A stretch of DNA of 64,000 nucleotides from Vicinamibacterales bacterium. Its GTDB lineage: Bacteria; Acidobacteriota; Vicinamibacteria; Vicinamibacterales; SCN-69-37. The translations under genes were made by a program, and so were the position numbers. This document shows positions 1 through 7,942 of the stretch, piece after piece (within the stretch, counting starts at the first letter, position 1; each line of letters begins with the position of its first letter). The notes below the pieces were generated by a model. That model made no database searches and was not told the DNA's origin. It saw only the letters and a list, made by a program, of their open reading frames with translations. The stretch is taken from contig DATIWF010000029.1 of NCBI GenBank assembly GCA_035519535.1, forward strand, positions 21,611-85,610. The letters are read 5' to 3'.

Positions 1-232
1 GACGCTGCCGCTGCTCAACGGCCGGAGACCCAGGCCGACCAAATTGCACAACTCGCGAATCAGATCGAACGTACCCCGGACCGCCAGGCCGCAATCGTCG
101 GAGCTGTCGTCGCCACGATGGAACGACGGCGCCAGACCCTCGTGCGACTCACACCCCGGTAACACGATCGCTCGCCCGCCCGCAGTATCCTCGGTGTATC
201 CTTCGACTGCCCATAGGAGAAGGAGCCCCCCG

Positions 233-3103
233 ATGTTCCGCTCGCGCCCTTATTCCACCGCCGTTCTTGTCGTCGCCCTGCTCGGTCTGATCGCCATCCC
301 ATGGGGCCCGCGGCTGCTGGCGCAGCAGCCGAAGTACGACCCGCAGCTCTACTCCGGCCTCCACTGGCGGATGCTCGGGCCGTTCCGCGGCGGCCGCACG
401 GACGCCGTGAGCGGCGTGCCCGGCCGGCCCAACGAGTTCTACTTCGGCGCCGTGAACGGCGGCGTGTGGAAGACGATCGATGCGGGCCGCGTCTGGGTTC
501 CGGTGTTCGACTCGCAGCCCGTCGCGTCCATTGGCGCGCTGGCCGTGGCGCCGTCGAGCCCGGATACCGTCTACGTCGGCAGCGGCGAGTCCACGCTGCG
601 CGACTCGACGGGCTACGGTACCGGCATGTACAAGTCCACCGACGCCGGCAAGACGTGGACCCACATCGGCCTCGACGACACCCAGCACATCGGCAAGATC
701 GCCGTCGATCCGAAGAATCCGAACATCGTGTTCGTGGCGGCCATCGGCCACCTCTACGAATCGCATCCCGCGCGCGGCGTCTATCGGTCGCAGGATGGCG
801 GGCGCAGCTGGACGAAGGTGCTGTTCAAGGACGACAACACGGGTGCGGTCGAGGTCGTCATCGATCCCAGCAACTCGCAGGTCGTCTACGCGGGCCTGTG
901 GAACACGCGCCGGCCCACCTGGTACACGTACCAGCCGACGAACGGGCCCGGCGGCGGCATCTACAAATCCACCGACGGCGGCACGACCTGGCACCAGCTC
1001 GGCGGTGGCCTGCCCGCCGCGTGCATCGGGAAAACCGGCATCGCGGTGGCGGCGAGCAATCCGCGGCGCGTCTACGCGGTCGTGGACGACTTCCTGCCCG
1101 AGGGCGCGCCCGCGGGCACGCCGTGCCCGAGCGTGCCACCGGGACGGGGCGGCGGCGCCGGGGGCGCGGCCGCGGCCGGCGGGGGCGCGCCTGCCGCGCC
1201 GCCATCACCGCCGCAAGGGGGCTTCTACCGGTCGGACGATGCCGGCACGACCTGGACGAAGATGTCCGGTGACAGCGCGCTCTGGGGCCGCGGCTGGTAC
1301 TTCGAGCACGTCGCAGTGGATCCGAAGAACGCGGACATCGTGTACGTGCCCAACGTCTCGGTGTCGCGAACGAAGGACGGTGGCAAGACGTGGGTGCCGC
1401 TCCGCGGATCGCCCGGCGGCGACGACTACCACCAGGCGTGGGTGTCGCCCGACGATCCGAACACCATGATCGTCGCGAGCGACCAGGGCACGATTATCAC
1501 GCGCAACGCGTCGACCGACGACCCGCGCGAGGTCACGTGGAGCTCGTGGCTGAACCAGCCGACCGCGCAGATCTATCACGTGTCGGTGGACTACCGTTTC
1601 CCGTACTGGGTGACGGGCGCGCAGCAGGACAGCGGCGCCGTCGGCGTGCGCTCGCGCGGCAAGTTCGCCGACATCACCATGCGCGACTGGGAGCCGATTG
1701 GCGCCGGCGGCGAGAGCGGCATGACCGCCGGGGACCCGCGGCATCCCGGCATCATCTTCGGCGGCAGCGGATCGCGATTCGACCTCGAGCTGAACGCGTC
1801 GGCCGGCGGCGGGGCGGCCCCGGCGGGGCGCCAGGACTGGACCCAGCCGCTCGTGTTCTCGAAGGCCGATCCGAACGCGCTGTACTACGCGAATCAGACT
1901 CTGTACAAGACCACGGACGACGCGCGCACGTGGACACAGATGAGCGAGGACCTCACGCGTCCTGATCCCGGCGTGCCGTCGAATCTCGACGCGACCGCCG
2001 CCGAGGACATCGATCGCAACGGCAAGCGCGGCGTGATCTACGCCGTGTCGCCCTCGCCGCTGCGCGCGCCGATGGTCTGGATCGGCACCGACGACGGCTT
2101 CATCCAGGTCACGACCGACGACGGCAAGACGTGGCAGAACGTGACGCCGCCCGCGGTCAACGCCTGGAGCCGCGTGACGACGATCGAGGCCTCGCACTTC
2201 GATCCGAACACGGCGTACGCGTCGGTCGATCGCCACCAGCTCAACGACTTCAACCCGCACATCTACCGCACGCGCGACCTCGGCAAGACGTGGCAGGAGA
2301 TCACGCGCGGTCTGCCGGCGGGCGTGTACGTCCACGTGGTGAAGGAAGATCCGATGCGGCGCGGGCTGCTCTTTGCGGGCACCGAGCGCGCCGTCTGGAT
2401 GTCGTTCGACGACGGCGACACGTGGCAATCGCTGCAGCTGAACCTGCCGGTCACGTCGGTCCGCGATTTCGAGGTCTACGGCAACGACCTCATCGTCGCG
2501 ACCCACGGGCGAGGATTTTGGGTGATCGACGACATCAGCACGCTGCGCCAGATCAACGATCAGGTCGCGCAATCGAGCGCGTATCTGTTCAAACCGGCCG
2601 ACGCGATCAACGTCATCCAGGGCGGCGACAACGGCACGCCGACACAGAAGGACGAACCGCAGGCCGCGAATCCGCCGAACGGCGCGTACATCGACTACTA
2701 CCTGAAGTCTGCGCCGACGACGCCGGTGACGATCGAGGTGCTCGACAGCGCCGGCACGGTGCTCGCGACGTTCACGAACGCTCCCAACACGGCGCCTGCG
2801 GGAGCCGGCGGCGGTCGGGGCGGGGGCGGCGGTCGGGGCGGCGCGGGCGGCGGGATTCCGAATACGTCCCCGTTGTGGCGGCCGACGCCGGAGCCGTTCT
2901 CGGCGGCGCCCGGCATGCACCGCGTCGCGTGGTCACCGGGCGGCGGTGGCGGCCGCGGATTCGGCGGCGGCGGTGGCGGCGGTGGCCGCGGCGGCCGCGG
3001 CGGCGGCGCGCCCATGACCGGCACGTTCACAGCGCGGCTGACGGTCAACGGGCAAAGTCAGACGCAGACGTTCACAGTGAAGGCGGATCCCAGGCAGAGG
3101 TAG
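233..3103 (+). CDS. Secreted BNR/Asp-box (sortilin/VPS10-like) beta-propeller repeat protein, paralogue 1
   Basis: ORF 44..3103. The ATG at 233 follows GGAGAAGGAG and precedes a hydrophobic signal-like segment (AVLVVALLGLIAIPW). Many S-x-D-x-G-x-T-W Asp boxes are present (STDAGKTW, SQDGGRSW, STDGGTTW, SDDAGTTW, TKDGGKTW, TTDDGKTW, TRDLGKTW). Confidence 0.85.
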   Translation: MFRSRPYSTAVLVVALLGLIAIPWGPRLLAQQPKYDPQLYSGLHWRMLGPFRGGRTDAVSGVPGRPNEFYFGAVNGGVWKTIDAGRVWVPVFDSQPVASIGALAVAPSSPDTVYVGSGESTLRDSTGYGTGMYKSTDAGKTWTHIGLDDTQHIGKIAVDPKNPNIVFVAAIGHLYESHPARGVYRSQDGGRSWTKVLFKDDNTGAVEVVIDPSNSQVVYAGLWNTRRPTWYTYQPTNGPGGGIYKSTDGGTTWHQLGGGLPAACIGKTGIAVAASNPRRVYAVVDDFLPEGAPAGTPCPSVPPGRGGGAGGAAAAGGGAPAAPPSPPQGGFYRSDDAGTTWTKMSGDSALWGRGWYFEHVAVDPKNADIVYVPNVSVSRTKDGGKTWVPLRGSPGGDDYHQAWVSPDDPNTMIVASDQGTIITRNASTDDPREVTWSSWLNQPTAQIYHVSVDYRFPYWVTGAQQDSGAVGVRSRGKFADITMRDWEPIGAGGESGMTAGDPRHPGIIFGGSGSRFDLELNASAGGGAAPAGRQDWTQPLVFSKADPNALYYANQTLYKTTDDARTWTQMSEDLTRPDPGVPSNLDATAAEDIDRNGKRGVIYAVSPSPLRAPMVWIGTDDGFIQVTTDDGKTWQNVTPPAVNAWSRVTTIEASHFDPNTAYASVDRHQLNDFNPHIYRTRDLGKTWQEITRGLPAGVYVHVVKEDPMRRGLLFAGTERAVWMSFDDGDTWQSLQLNLPVTSVRDFEVYGNDLIVATHGRGFWVIDDISTLRQINDQVAQSSAYLFKPADAINVIQGGDNGTPTQKDEPQAANPPNGAYIDYYLKSAPTTPVTIEVLDSAGTVLATFTNAPNTAPAGAGGGRGGGGGRGGAGGGIPNTSPLWRPTPEPFSAAPGMHRVAWSPGGGGGRGFGGGGGGGGRGGRGGGAPMTGTFTARLTVNGQSQTQTFTVKADPRQR

Positions 3104-3175
3104 TCCGAGCACCAGACCCTCGCGAGCGACGCGCGCGCAATGCCGTGCCTGGTGCCCGACGCCCAGTGCCTGATC

Positions 3176-3634
3176 TTAGAGCCTGCTGAGAATGACGCGC
3201 GCGATCGCCTTGAGCTGATCGACAGTCAGCCGGGGCGCGATCGGACGCGACGAGAAATACGTGGTGACCGAGACGGCCTGCGTGCCCTTCCGCACGTACA
3301 GGACGTATTGCATCGAGCCCGGCGGCGCGTCGAAGGCGTCGTCGCCGAGACCGCTGACGGCGGCGTGGAAGATCTTCGGGTCCTTCTTGACCGACTCGTA
3401 GAGCGCCGCCGTCGAGAACTTGACCATCAGCAGCAGCTTGCCCTCGGGCCCGGTGAAATTCAGATCCCCGCCCGCGCCGGTCATCGCATTCCTCGCGACC
3501 TGCTTCACGCCGGTCAGACCCGAGACTTTCTCCACATCGGCCACGGTGAGTCGAGCGTCCGGCGCTTGTGCCGCGAGGAGCACGCCGCCGGCCATGAGTG
3601 CGAGGAGGACCGCCGCACGACGGGGCATCGTCAT
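3176..3634 (-). CDS. Hypothetical secreted protein
   Basis: ORF 3176..3772. The internal start MTMPRRAAVLLALMAGGVLLAAQA looks like a signal peptide. I recognised no family motif. Confidence 0.5.
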   Translation of the reverse strand: MTMPRRAAVLLALMAGGVLLAAQAPDARLTVADVEKVSGLTGVKQVARNAMTGAGGDLNFTGPEGKLLLMVKFSTAALYESVKKDPKIFHAAVSGLGDDAFDAPPGSMQYVLYVRKGTQAVSVTTYFSSRPIAPRLTVDQLKAIARVILSRL

Positions 3635-3674
3635 GGAGTGACTTGCGGCAGAATAGCACACCGGTGGCGACGAC

Positions 3675-4775
3675 ATGAGCGCGGGCTGGCTGGAAATCGC
3701 CGCAGGGGGCGCGCTCATCGTGCTCGTCCTGTGGGACACGTTCGAGACGATGATCCTGCCCCGCAGCGTCACGTCGCCGATTCGTCTGGCGTTTCTGGTG
3801 AACCGGACGGTCTGGCGCGCGTGGCGCGCGATCGTGTTCGGCCTCGCGTCCGTTCGGCGCCACGAGCGATACCTCGGCTTCTACGGTCCGCTGTCGGTCC
3901 TGCTGATGCTCGTGCTGTGGGCGGTCGCGCTGATCGCCGGCTTTGCGGTGATTGGCGTCGGGCTGGGATCACGCTGGGTCGCGCCTGAGGGTGCGGCGAC
4001 GTTCAAGACGGCGCTCTACGTGAGCGGCACGACGTTCTTCACGCTCGGGTTGGGCGATGTGCATCCGGTCGGCACGTGGACGCGCGCGCTCGTGGTGGCG
4101 GAATCCGGCACGGGCTTTGGCTTCCTCGCGATCGGCATTTCGTACCTGCCCGTGCTCTACCAGTCGTTCTCGCGCCGCGAGGTGCAGATCACGCTGCTCG
4201 ACGCGTGGGCGGGCTCGCCGCCGTCGGCGGTCGAGCTCCTCCGGCGATTGTCGGCGGCCGGTGCCGTCGGCTCCGTCCACGGCTTTCTCAAGGAATGGGA
4301 GCGCTGGTCGTCGGAGGTCCTCGAAGGACACATTTCCTATCCGCAAGTCGCGTACTTTCGATCGCAGCACGGCAAGCAGTCGTGGGTCGCGTCGCTCACG
4401 GCCGTGCTCGATGTCTCCGCGCTCGTGCTGACCGGCATTCGTGGCCTGCCCGAGTGGCAGGCGCGCGTGACGTTCGCGATCGCGCGCCACGCGGCGGTGG
4501 ACCTGGGCCAGATTCTGCACGCGCCGCCGATCGAGAGCGCCCGCATGACGGCGGACGCCTGCGATCGGCTGATCGCGGCCGTCGAGGGCGCCGGGCTGCA
4601 GTTCGAGCACGACGACGCGCCGCGCCGCCTGCTGCGGTTCCGCAATCTCTACGAGCCGTACGTCGCCGGCCTGGCCGCTGAGCTGGCCATGGAGCTGCCG
4701 CCGTGGATTCGCGACGGCGCGGGGCGCGACAACTGGGAGGCCACGCCGAAGACGAGGGTCGAAGTGCATCTCTAG
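3675..4775 (+). CDS. Two-TM ion-channel family protein (K+ channel-like pore) with a C-terminal domain of unknown function
   Basis: The N-terminus has TM helices and a pore-loop-like segment, TFFTLGLGDVHP, resembling the T-x-G-Y-G-D selectivity filter. The C-terminal tail of about 200 aa is soluble. Confidence 0.65.
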   Translation: MSAGWLEIAAGGALIVLVLWDTFETMILPRSVTSPIRLAFLVNRTVWRAWRAIVFGLASVRRHERYLGFYGPLSVLLMLVLWAVALIAGFAVIGVGLGSRWVAPEGAATFKTALYVSGTTFFTLGLGDVHPVGTWTRALVVAESGTGFGFLAIGISYLPVLYQSFSRREVQITLLDAWAGSPPSAVELLRRLSAAGAVGSVHGFLKEWERWSSEVLEGHISYPQVAYFRSQHGKQSWVASLTAVLDVSALVLTGIRGLPEWQARVTFAIARHAAVDLGQILHAPPIESARMTADACDRLIAAVEGAGLQFEHDDAPRRLLRFRNLYEPYVAGLAAELAMELPPWIRDGAGRDNWEATPKTRVEVHL

Positions 4776-4830
4776 GAGGTTCCAAGGGGTTCCTGCTTCG
4801 TTCCGAGGAGGTTCCAGTTGGGTTCTGCGC
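4776..4830 (+). promoter_or_regulatory. Intergenic spacer made of five phased GTTC(C/T) units (about 11-bp period)
   Basis: GTTC occurs at 4779, 4789, 4800, 4811 and 4822 (spacing 10, 11, 11, 11). The 11-mer AGGAGGTTCCA occurs at 4774-4784 and 4806-4816. The array spans the whole 55-nt gap between the channel stop and the permease ATG. Confidence 0.5.
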
Positions 4831-6159
4831 ATGAGTGAAGGAGCGACCGACACCGCGCCGTCGCAACGCGTGCTCGGTCTGCCCGCGGCGGTTTCGCTCG
4901 TCGTCGGCAGCATGATCGGGTCGGGCGTGTTCCTGCTGCCGGCGTCGCTCGCCCGTTTCGGCGGCGTCGCCCTGCTCGGGTGGATCGTGTCGGCGCTGGG
5001 CGCGACCGTGTTGGCGGTGGTGTTCGCCCGGCTGTCGCGCATCGATCCGGCGGCGGGCGGCCCGTACGCCTACACGCGCCATGCGTTCGGCGACCTCGCC
5101 GGGTTTCTGATCGCGTGGGGCTACTGGATCTCGATCTGGACTGCCGACGCGGCGCTGTCGGTGGCGTTCGTCGGCTACCTCAGCCCCTTCATTCCGACGA
5201 TCGTCGCGCAGCCGCCGCTTGCCGCGGCGCTGGCGGTGGCGACCGTCTGGGTGCTGACGATCGTGAATATCCGGGGCGTGCGCACGGCCGGGCGCGTCCA
5301 GGTCGTGACGACGGTGCTCAAACTGCTGCCGCTCGTGGCGATCGCGATCTGCGGCGTGCTGTTCTTCGATGCGCGGCACTTCGCGATCGCCGACACGAGT
5401 CCACGCGCCGTCGGCCAGGGGCTCATCGCGACGACGACGCTGACGATGTTCGCGTTGATTGGGCTCGAAGCGGCCACGGTTCCCGCGACGGTCGTGAAGG
5501 ATCCCGACCGCACGATCCCGCGCGCCACGGTCATCGGAACGCTCATCGCGGCGGGCATTTACATCCTCAGCACGATCGGCGTCATGAGTCTGGTCGAGCC
5601 GGCGTCGTTGATGAGATCCACGGCGCCGTTCGCGGACGCGGCGCGCGCCGTGATGGGCGACCGGGCGGCGGCGCTCGTGGCGCTCGGCGCCTCGATCTCG
5701 TGCTTCGGCGCGCTCAACGGCTGGATCCTGATCGTCGGCCAGCTGCCGGTCGCGCTGGTCGCCGACGGTCTCTGGCCGTCGGCGTTCGGGCGGATGTCGC
5801 GCCGCGGCACGCCCGCGTTCGGCATGGTCGTCGCCGCCGTGCTGACGACGGCGCTGATCGCCATGAACTACTCGAAGAGCCTCGTGGATCTGTTCACCTT
5901 CATCATCCTGCTGGCGACGCTCGCGGTGCTCATTCCGTACGCCTTCTGCGCGCTCGCGGGCCTGCTCATCCTCGGGCGGCGAGGCGAGCGCCCGTCGGCG
6001 CGCGAGGTGACGCTCGCGCTGATTGCGTTCGTCTTCTCGTTCGCGGCGATCATCGGCGCCGGCGCCAACACGGTCTTCTGGGGATTCATGCTGCTGCTCG
6101 CGGGCCTGCCCGTCTACGTGTGGGTGGTTCGCGAGCGCGTGCGCGGCGGACGGTCGTGA
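4831..6159 (+). CDS. APC-family amino-acid permease/antiporter
   Basis: A 442-aa polytopic membrane protein. The N-terminal GSMIGSGVFLLP motif is typical of amino-acid/polyamine/organocation transporters. Confidence 0.8.
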   Translation: MSEGATDTAPSQRVLGLPAAVSLVVGSMIGSGVFLLPASLARFGGVALLGWIVSALGATVLAVVFARLSRIDPAAGGPYAYTRHAFGDLAGFLIAWGYWISIWTADAALSVAFVGYLSPFIPTIVAQPPLAAALAVATVWVLTIVNIRGVRTAGRVQVVTTVLKLLPLVAIAICGVLFFDARHFAIADTSPRAVGQGLIATTTLTMFALIGLEAATVPATVVKDPDRTIPRATVIGTLIAAGIYILSTIGVMSLVEPASLMRSTAPFADAARAVMGDRAAALVALGASISCFGALNGWILIVGQLPVALVADGLWPSAFGRMSRRGTPAFGMVVAAVLTTALIAMNYSKSLVDLFTFIILLATLAVLIPYAFCALAGLLILGRRGERPSAREVTLALIAFVFSFAAIIGAGANTVFWGFMLLLAGLPVYVWVVRERVRGGRS

Positions 6160-7049
6160 CGACGCCTCCGACCACCGCGCAGTCCGACGTCGGCGTGCTG
6201 CGCCGGGTCCTGCTCAAGGGGCCGCGCGAGGCCTTTCGCAGCGCGGAGGCGATCGCGAACGAGTGGCGGGCGTTGAGCTTCACGGCGCCGCCCGACTTCG
6301 ACCGCGCGCTCGAAGAATACGACGCGTTTGCCAGGGCCGTGACGATGGCCGGTGCGCACGTCGATTACTTGCCGCCGGCGAGCGGCGTCACGCTGGACTC
6401 GATCTACGTCCGCGATGCGTCCGTGGTCTGCGATCGCGGCGTGATCCTGTGCGAGATGGGGAAGCCCGAACGCGCCGGCGAACCCGCGGCGCAGGCCGAG
6501 ACGTTGCGCGCTCTCGGCGCGCCGACCGTCGGTGCAATTCGGGCGCCCGGCCGGCTGGAAGGCGGCGACGTCGTGTGGCTGGCGCCTCGCATCCTTGCCG
6601 TGGGCCGCGGGTATCGGACGAACGACGACGGCATCCGTCAGCTTCGGGCGCTGCTGGGCGACGCGATTGACGAGCTCATCGTCGTCCCGCTGCCGCACTG
6701 GCGCGGCCCCGGCGACGTGTTTCACCTGATGTCGATCATCAGCCCCGTCGATCGCGATCTGGCGGTGGTCTACGCGCCGCTCCTGCCGGTGCCGTTCCGC
6801 GAGCGGCTCATCGACCTCGGCTTCGCGTTCGTCGAGGTGCCCGACGAGGAGTTCGACTCGATGGGCGCCAACGTGCTCGCGATCGCGCCGCGGCGCTGCG
6901 TGATGGTGGCCGGCAACCCGCTGACGCGGGCCCGGCTCGAGGCGGCCGGCGCCGCCGTGGTCGAGTACGCGGGCCGAGAAATCAGCCTCAAGGGCGGCGG
7001 CGGGCCGACGTGCCTCACGCGGCCGCTTGCCCGCGATTGGCCAACCTGA
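6156..7049 (+). CDS. Amidinotransferase-fold enzyme (dimethylarginine dimethylaminohydrolase / arginine deiminase-like)
   Basis: Second half of ORF 4980..7049. The GTG at 6156 overlaps the permease TGA (GTGA). The C-terminal KGGGGPTCLT segment resembles the catalytic-Cys region of this superfamily. Confidence 0.65.
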   Translation: MTTPPTTAQSDVGVLRRVLLKGPREAFRSAEAIANEWRALSFTAPPDFDRALEEYDAFARAVTMAGAHVDYLPPASGVTLDSIYVRDASVVCDRGVILCEMGKPERAGEPAAQAETLRALGAPTVGAIRAPGRLEGGDVVWLAPRILAVGRGYRTNDDGIRQLRALLGDAIDELIVVPLPHWRGPGDVFHLMSIISPVDRDLAVVYAPLLPVPFRERLIDLGFAFVEVPDEEFDSMGANVLAIAPRRCVMVAGNPLTRARLEAAGAAVVEYAGREISLKGGGGPTCLTRPLARDWPT

Positions 7050-7122
7050 CCTACAATGCACGGCTGCTCCCCCGCGCCGGGTCCGTTCGTTGACGGCCGC
7101 GCACGTCCACTCTGGGGGAGCT

Positions 7123-7887
7123 ATGCCTCGTCACATCAAGAAGTTCGGTTGGGTGCCTGATCTTCCCGATGCCCGGGACCACGTGTACTCGGCGCCGATT
7201 CCCGTGCTCGGCGTCATGCCCGCGAAAGTCGACCTCGGTCCGGACTGCCCGCCGGTCCTCAACCAGGGCCAGCTCGGCAGCTGCACGGCGAACGCCATCG
7301 CCAACGCGCACCGATTCGATCAGATGAAGCAGGGCGGCAAGCCGTTCGGCCCGTCGCGGCTGTTCATCTACTACAACGAGCGCGCGATGGAGGGCACCGT
7401 GAACGCCGACGCAGGCGCCATGATCCGCGACGGCATCAAGAGCATCGCTCAACAGGGCGTCTGCGACGAGGCCGAGTGGCCCTACAACATTGCCAAGTTC
7501 GCGAGGAAGCCATCCGCCGCCTGCTTCAAGGACGCGCTCCAGCACCAGGCGCTCTCGTACCAGCGCGTGACGCAGAGTCTCAATCAGATGAGGGGCTGCC
7601 TCGCGTCCGGATACCCGTTCGTGTTCGGCTTCACGGTGTACGAGGGCTTCGAGTCAGACAAGGTCGCCCGGACCGGTCAGCTGGACTTGCCCGTGCAGGG
7701 CGAGAAGGTCATTGGCGGGCACGCGGTGCTCGCCGTCGGGTACGACGACAAGACGCAACGCGTGAAAGTCATGAACTCCTGGGGCACGGCGTGGGGCAAG
7801 AAGGGCTTCTTCACGATGCCCTACGCGTACATCACGGACGACAACCTCGCCGACGACTTCTGGACGGTGCGCATCGTCGAGGCGTAG
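7123..7887 (+). CDS. Papain-like (C1 family) cysteine peptidase with no obvious signal peptide
   Basis: The ATG at 7123 follows GGGGGAG. Catalytic-type motifs are present: QGQLGSCTANA (Cys), GGHAVLAVGYDD (His) and MNSWG (Asn). Confidence 0.8.
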   Translation: MPRHIKKFGWVPDLPDARDHVYSAPIPVLGVMPAKVDLGPDCPPVLNQGQLGSCTANAIANAHRFDQMKQGGKPFGPSRLFIYYNERAMEGTVNADAGAMIRDGIKSIAQQGVCDEAEWPYNIAKFARKPSAACFKDALQHQALSYQRVTQSLNQMRGCLASGYPFVFGFTVYEGFESDKVARTGQLDLPVQGEKVIGGHAVLAVGYDDKTQRVKVMNSWGTAWGKKGFFTMPYAYITDDNLADDFWTVRIVEA

Positions 7888-7901
7888 AGGCGCGCGGCAG
7901 G

Positions 7902-7915
7902 CGCGCTATACTCGC
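7902..7915 (+). promoter_or_regulatory. Conserved 14-mer CGCGCTATACTCGC (-10-like TATACT), copy 1
   Basis: An identical 14-mer also lies at 12579..12592 and 15666..15679. Here TATACT (7907-7912) is 30 nt upstream of the ATG at 7943. Confidence 0.45.
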
Positions 7916-7942
7916 GGCGGTTTCGCTCGTCCGGGGGGTCCC

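Noticed and set aside
2800-3010. G-run-rich tracts as functional G-quadruplex elements.
   Set aside because: The G runs are fully explained by Gly/Arg codons of the low-complexity protein segments. I cannot evaluate G4 stability without computation.
4779-4825. GTTC-N7-GTTC read as an alphaproteobacterial-type LexA SOS box.
   Set aside because: The downstream genes are a permease and an amidinotransferase-fold enzyme, not SOS genes. I saw no comparable motif upstream of uvrA (22162-22411) or uvrC (30066-30118). The lineage does not look alphaproteobacterial.
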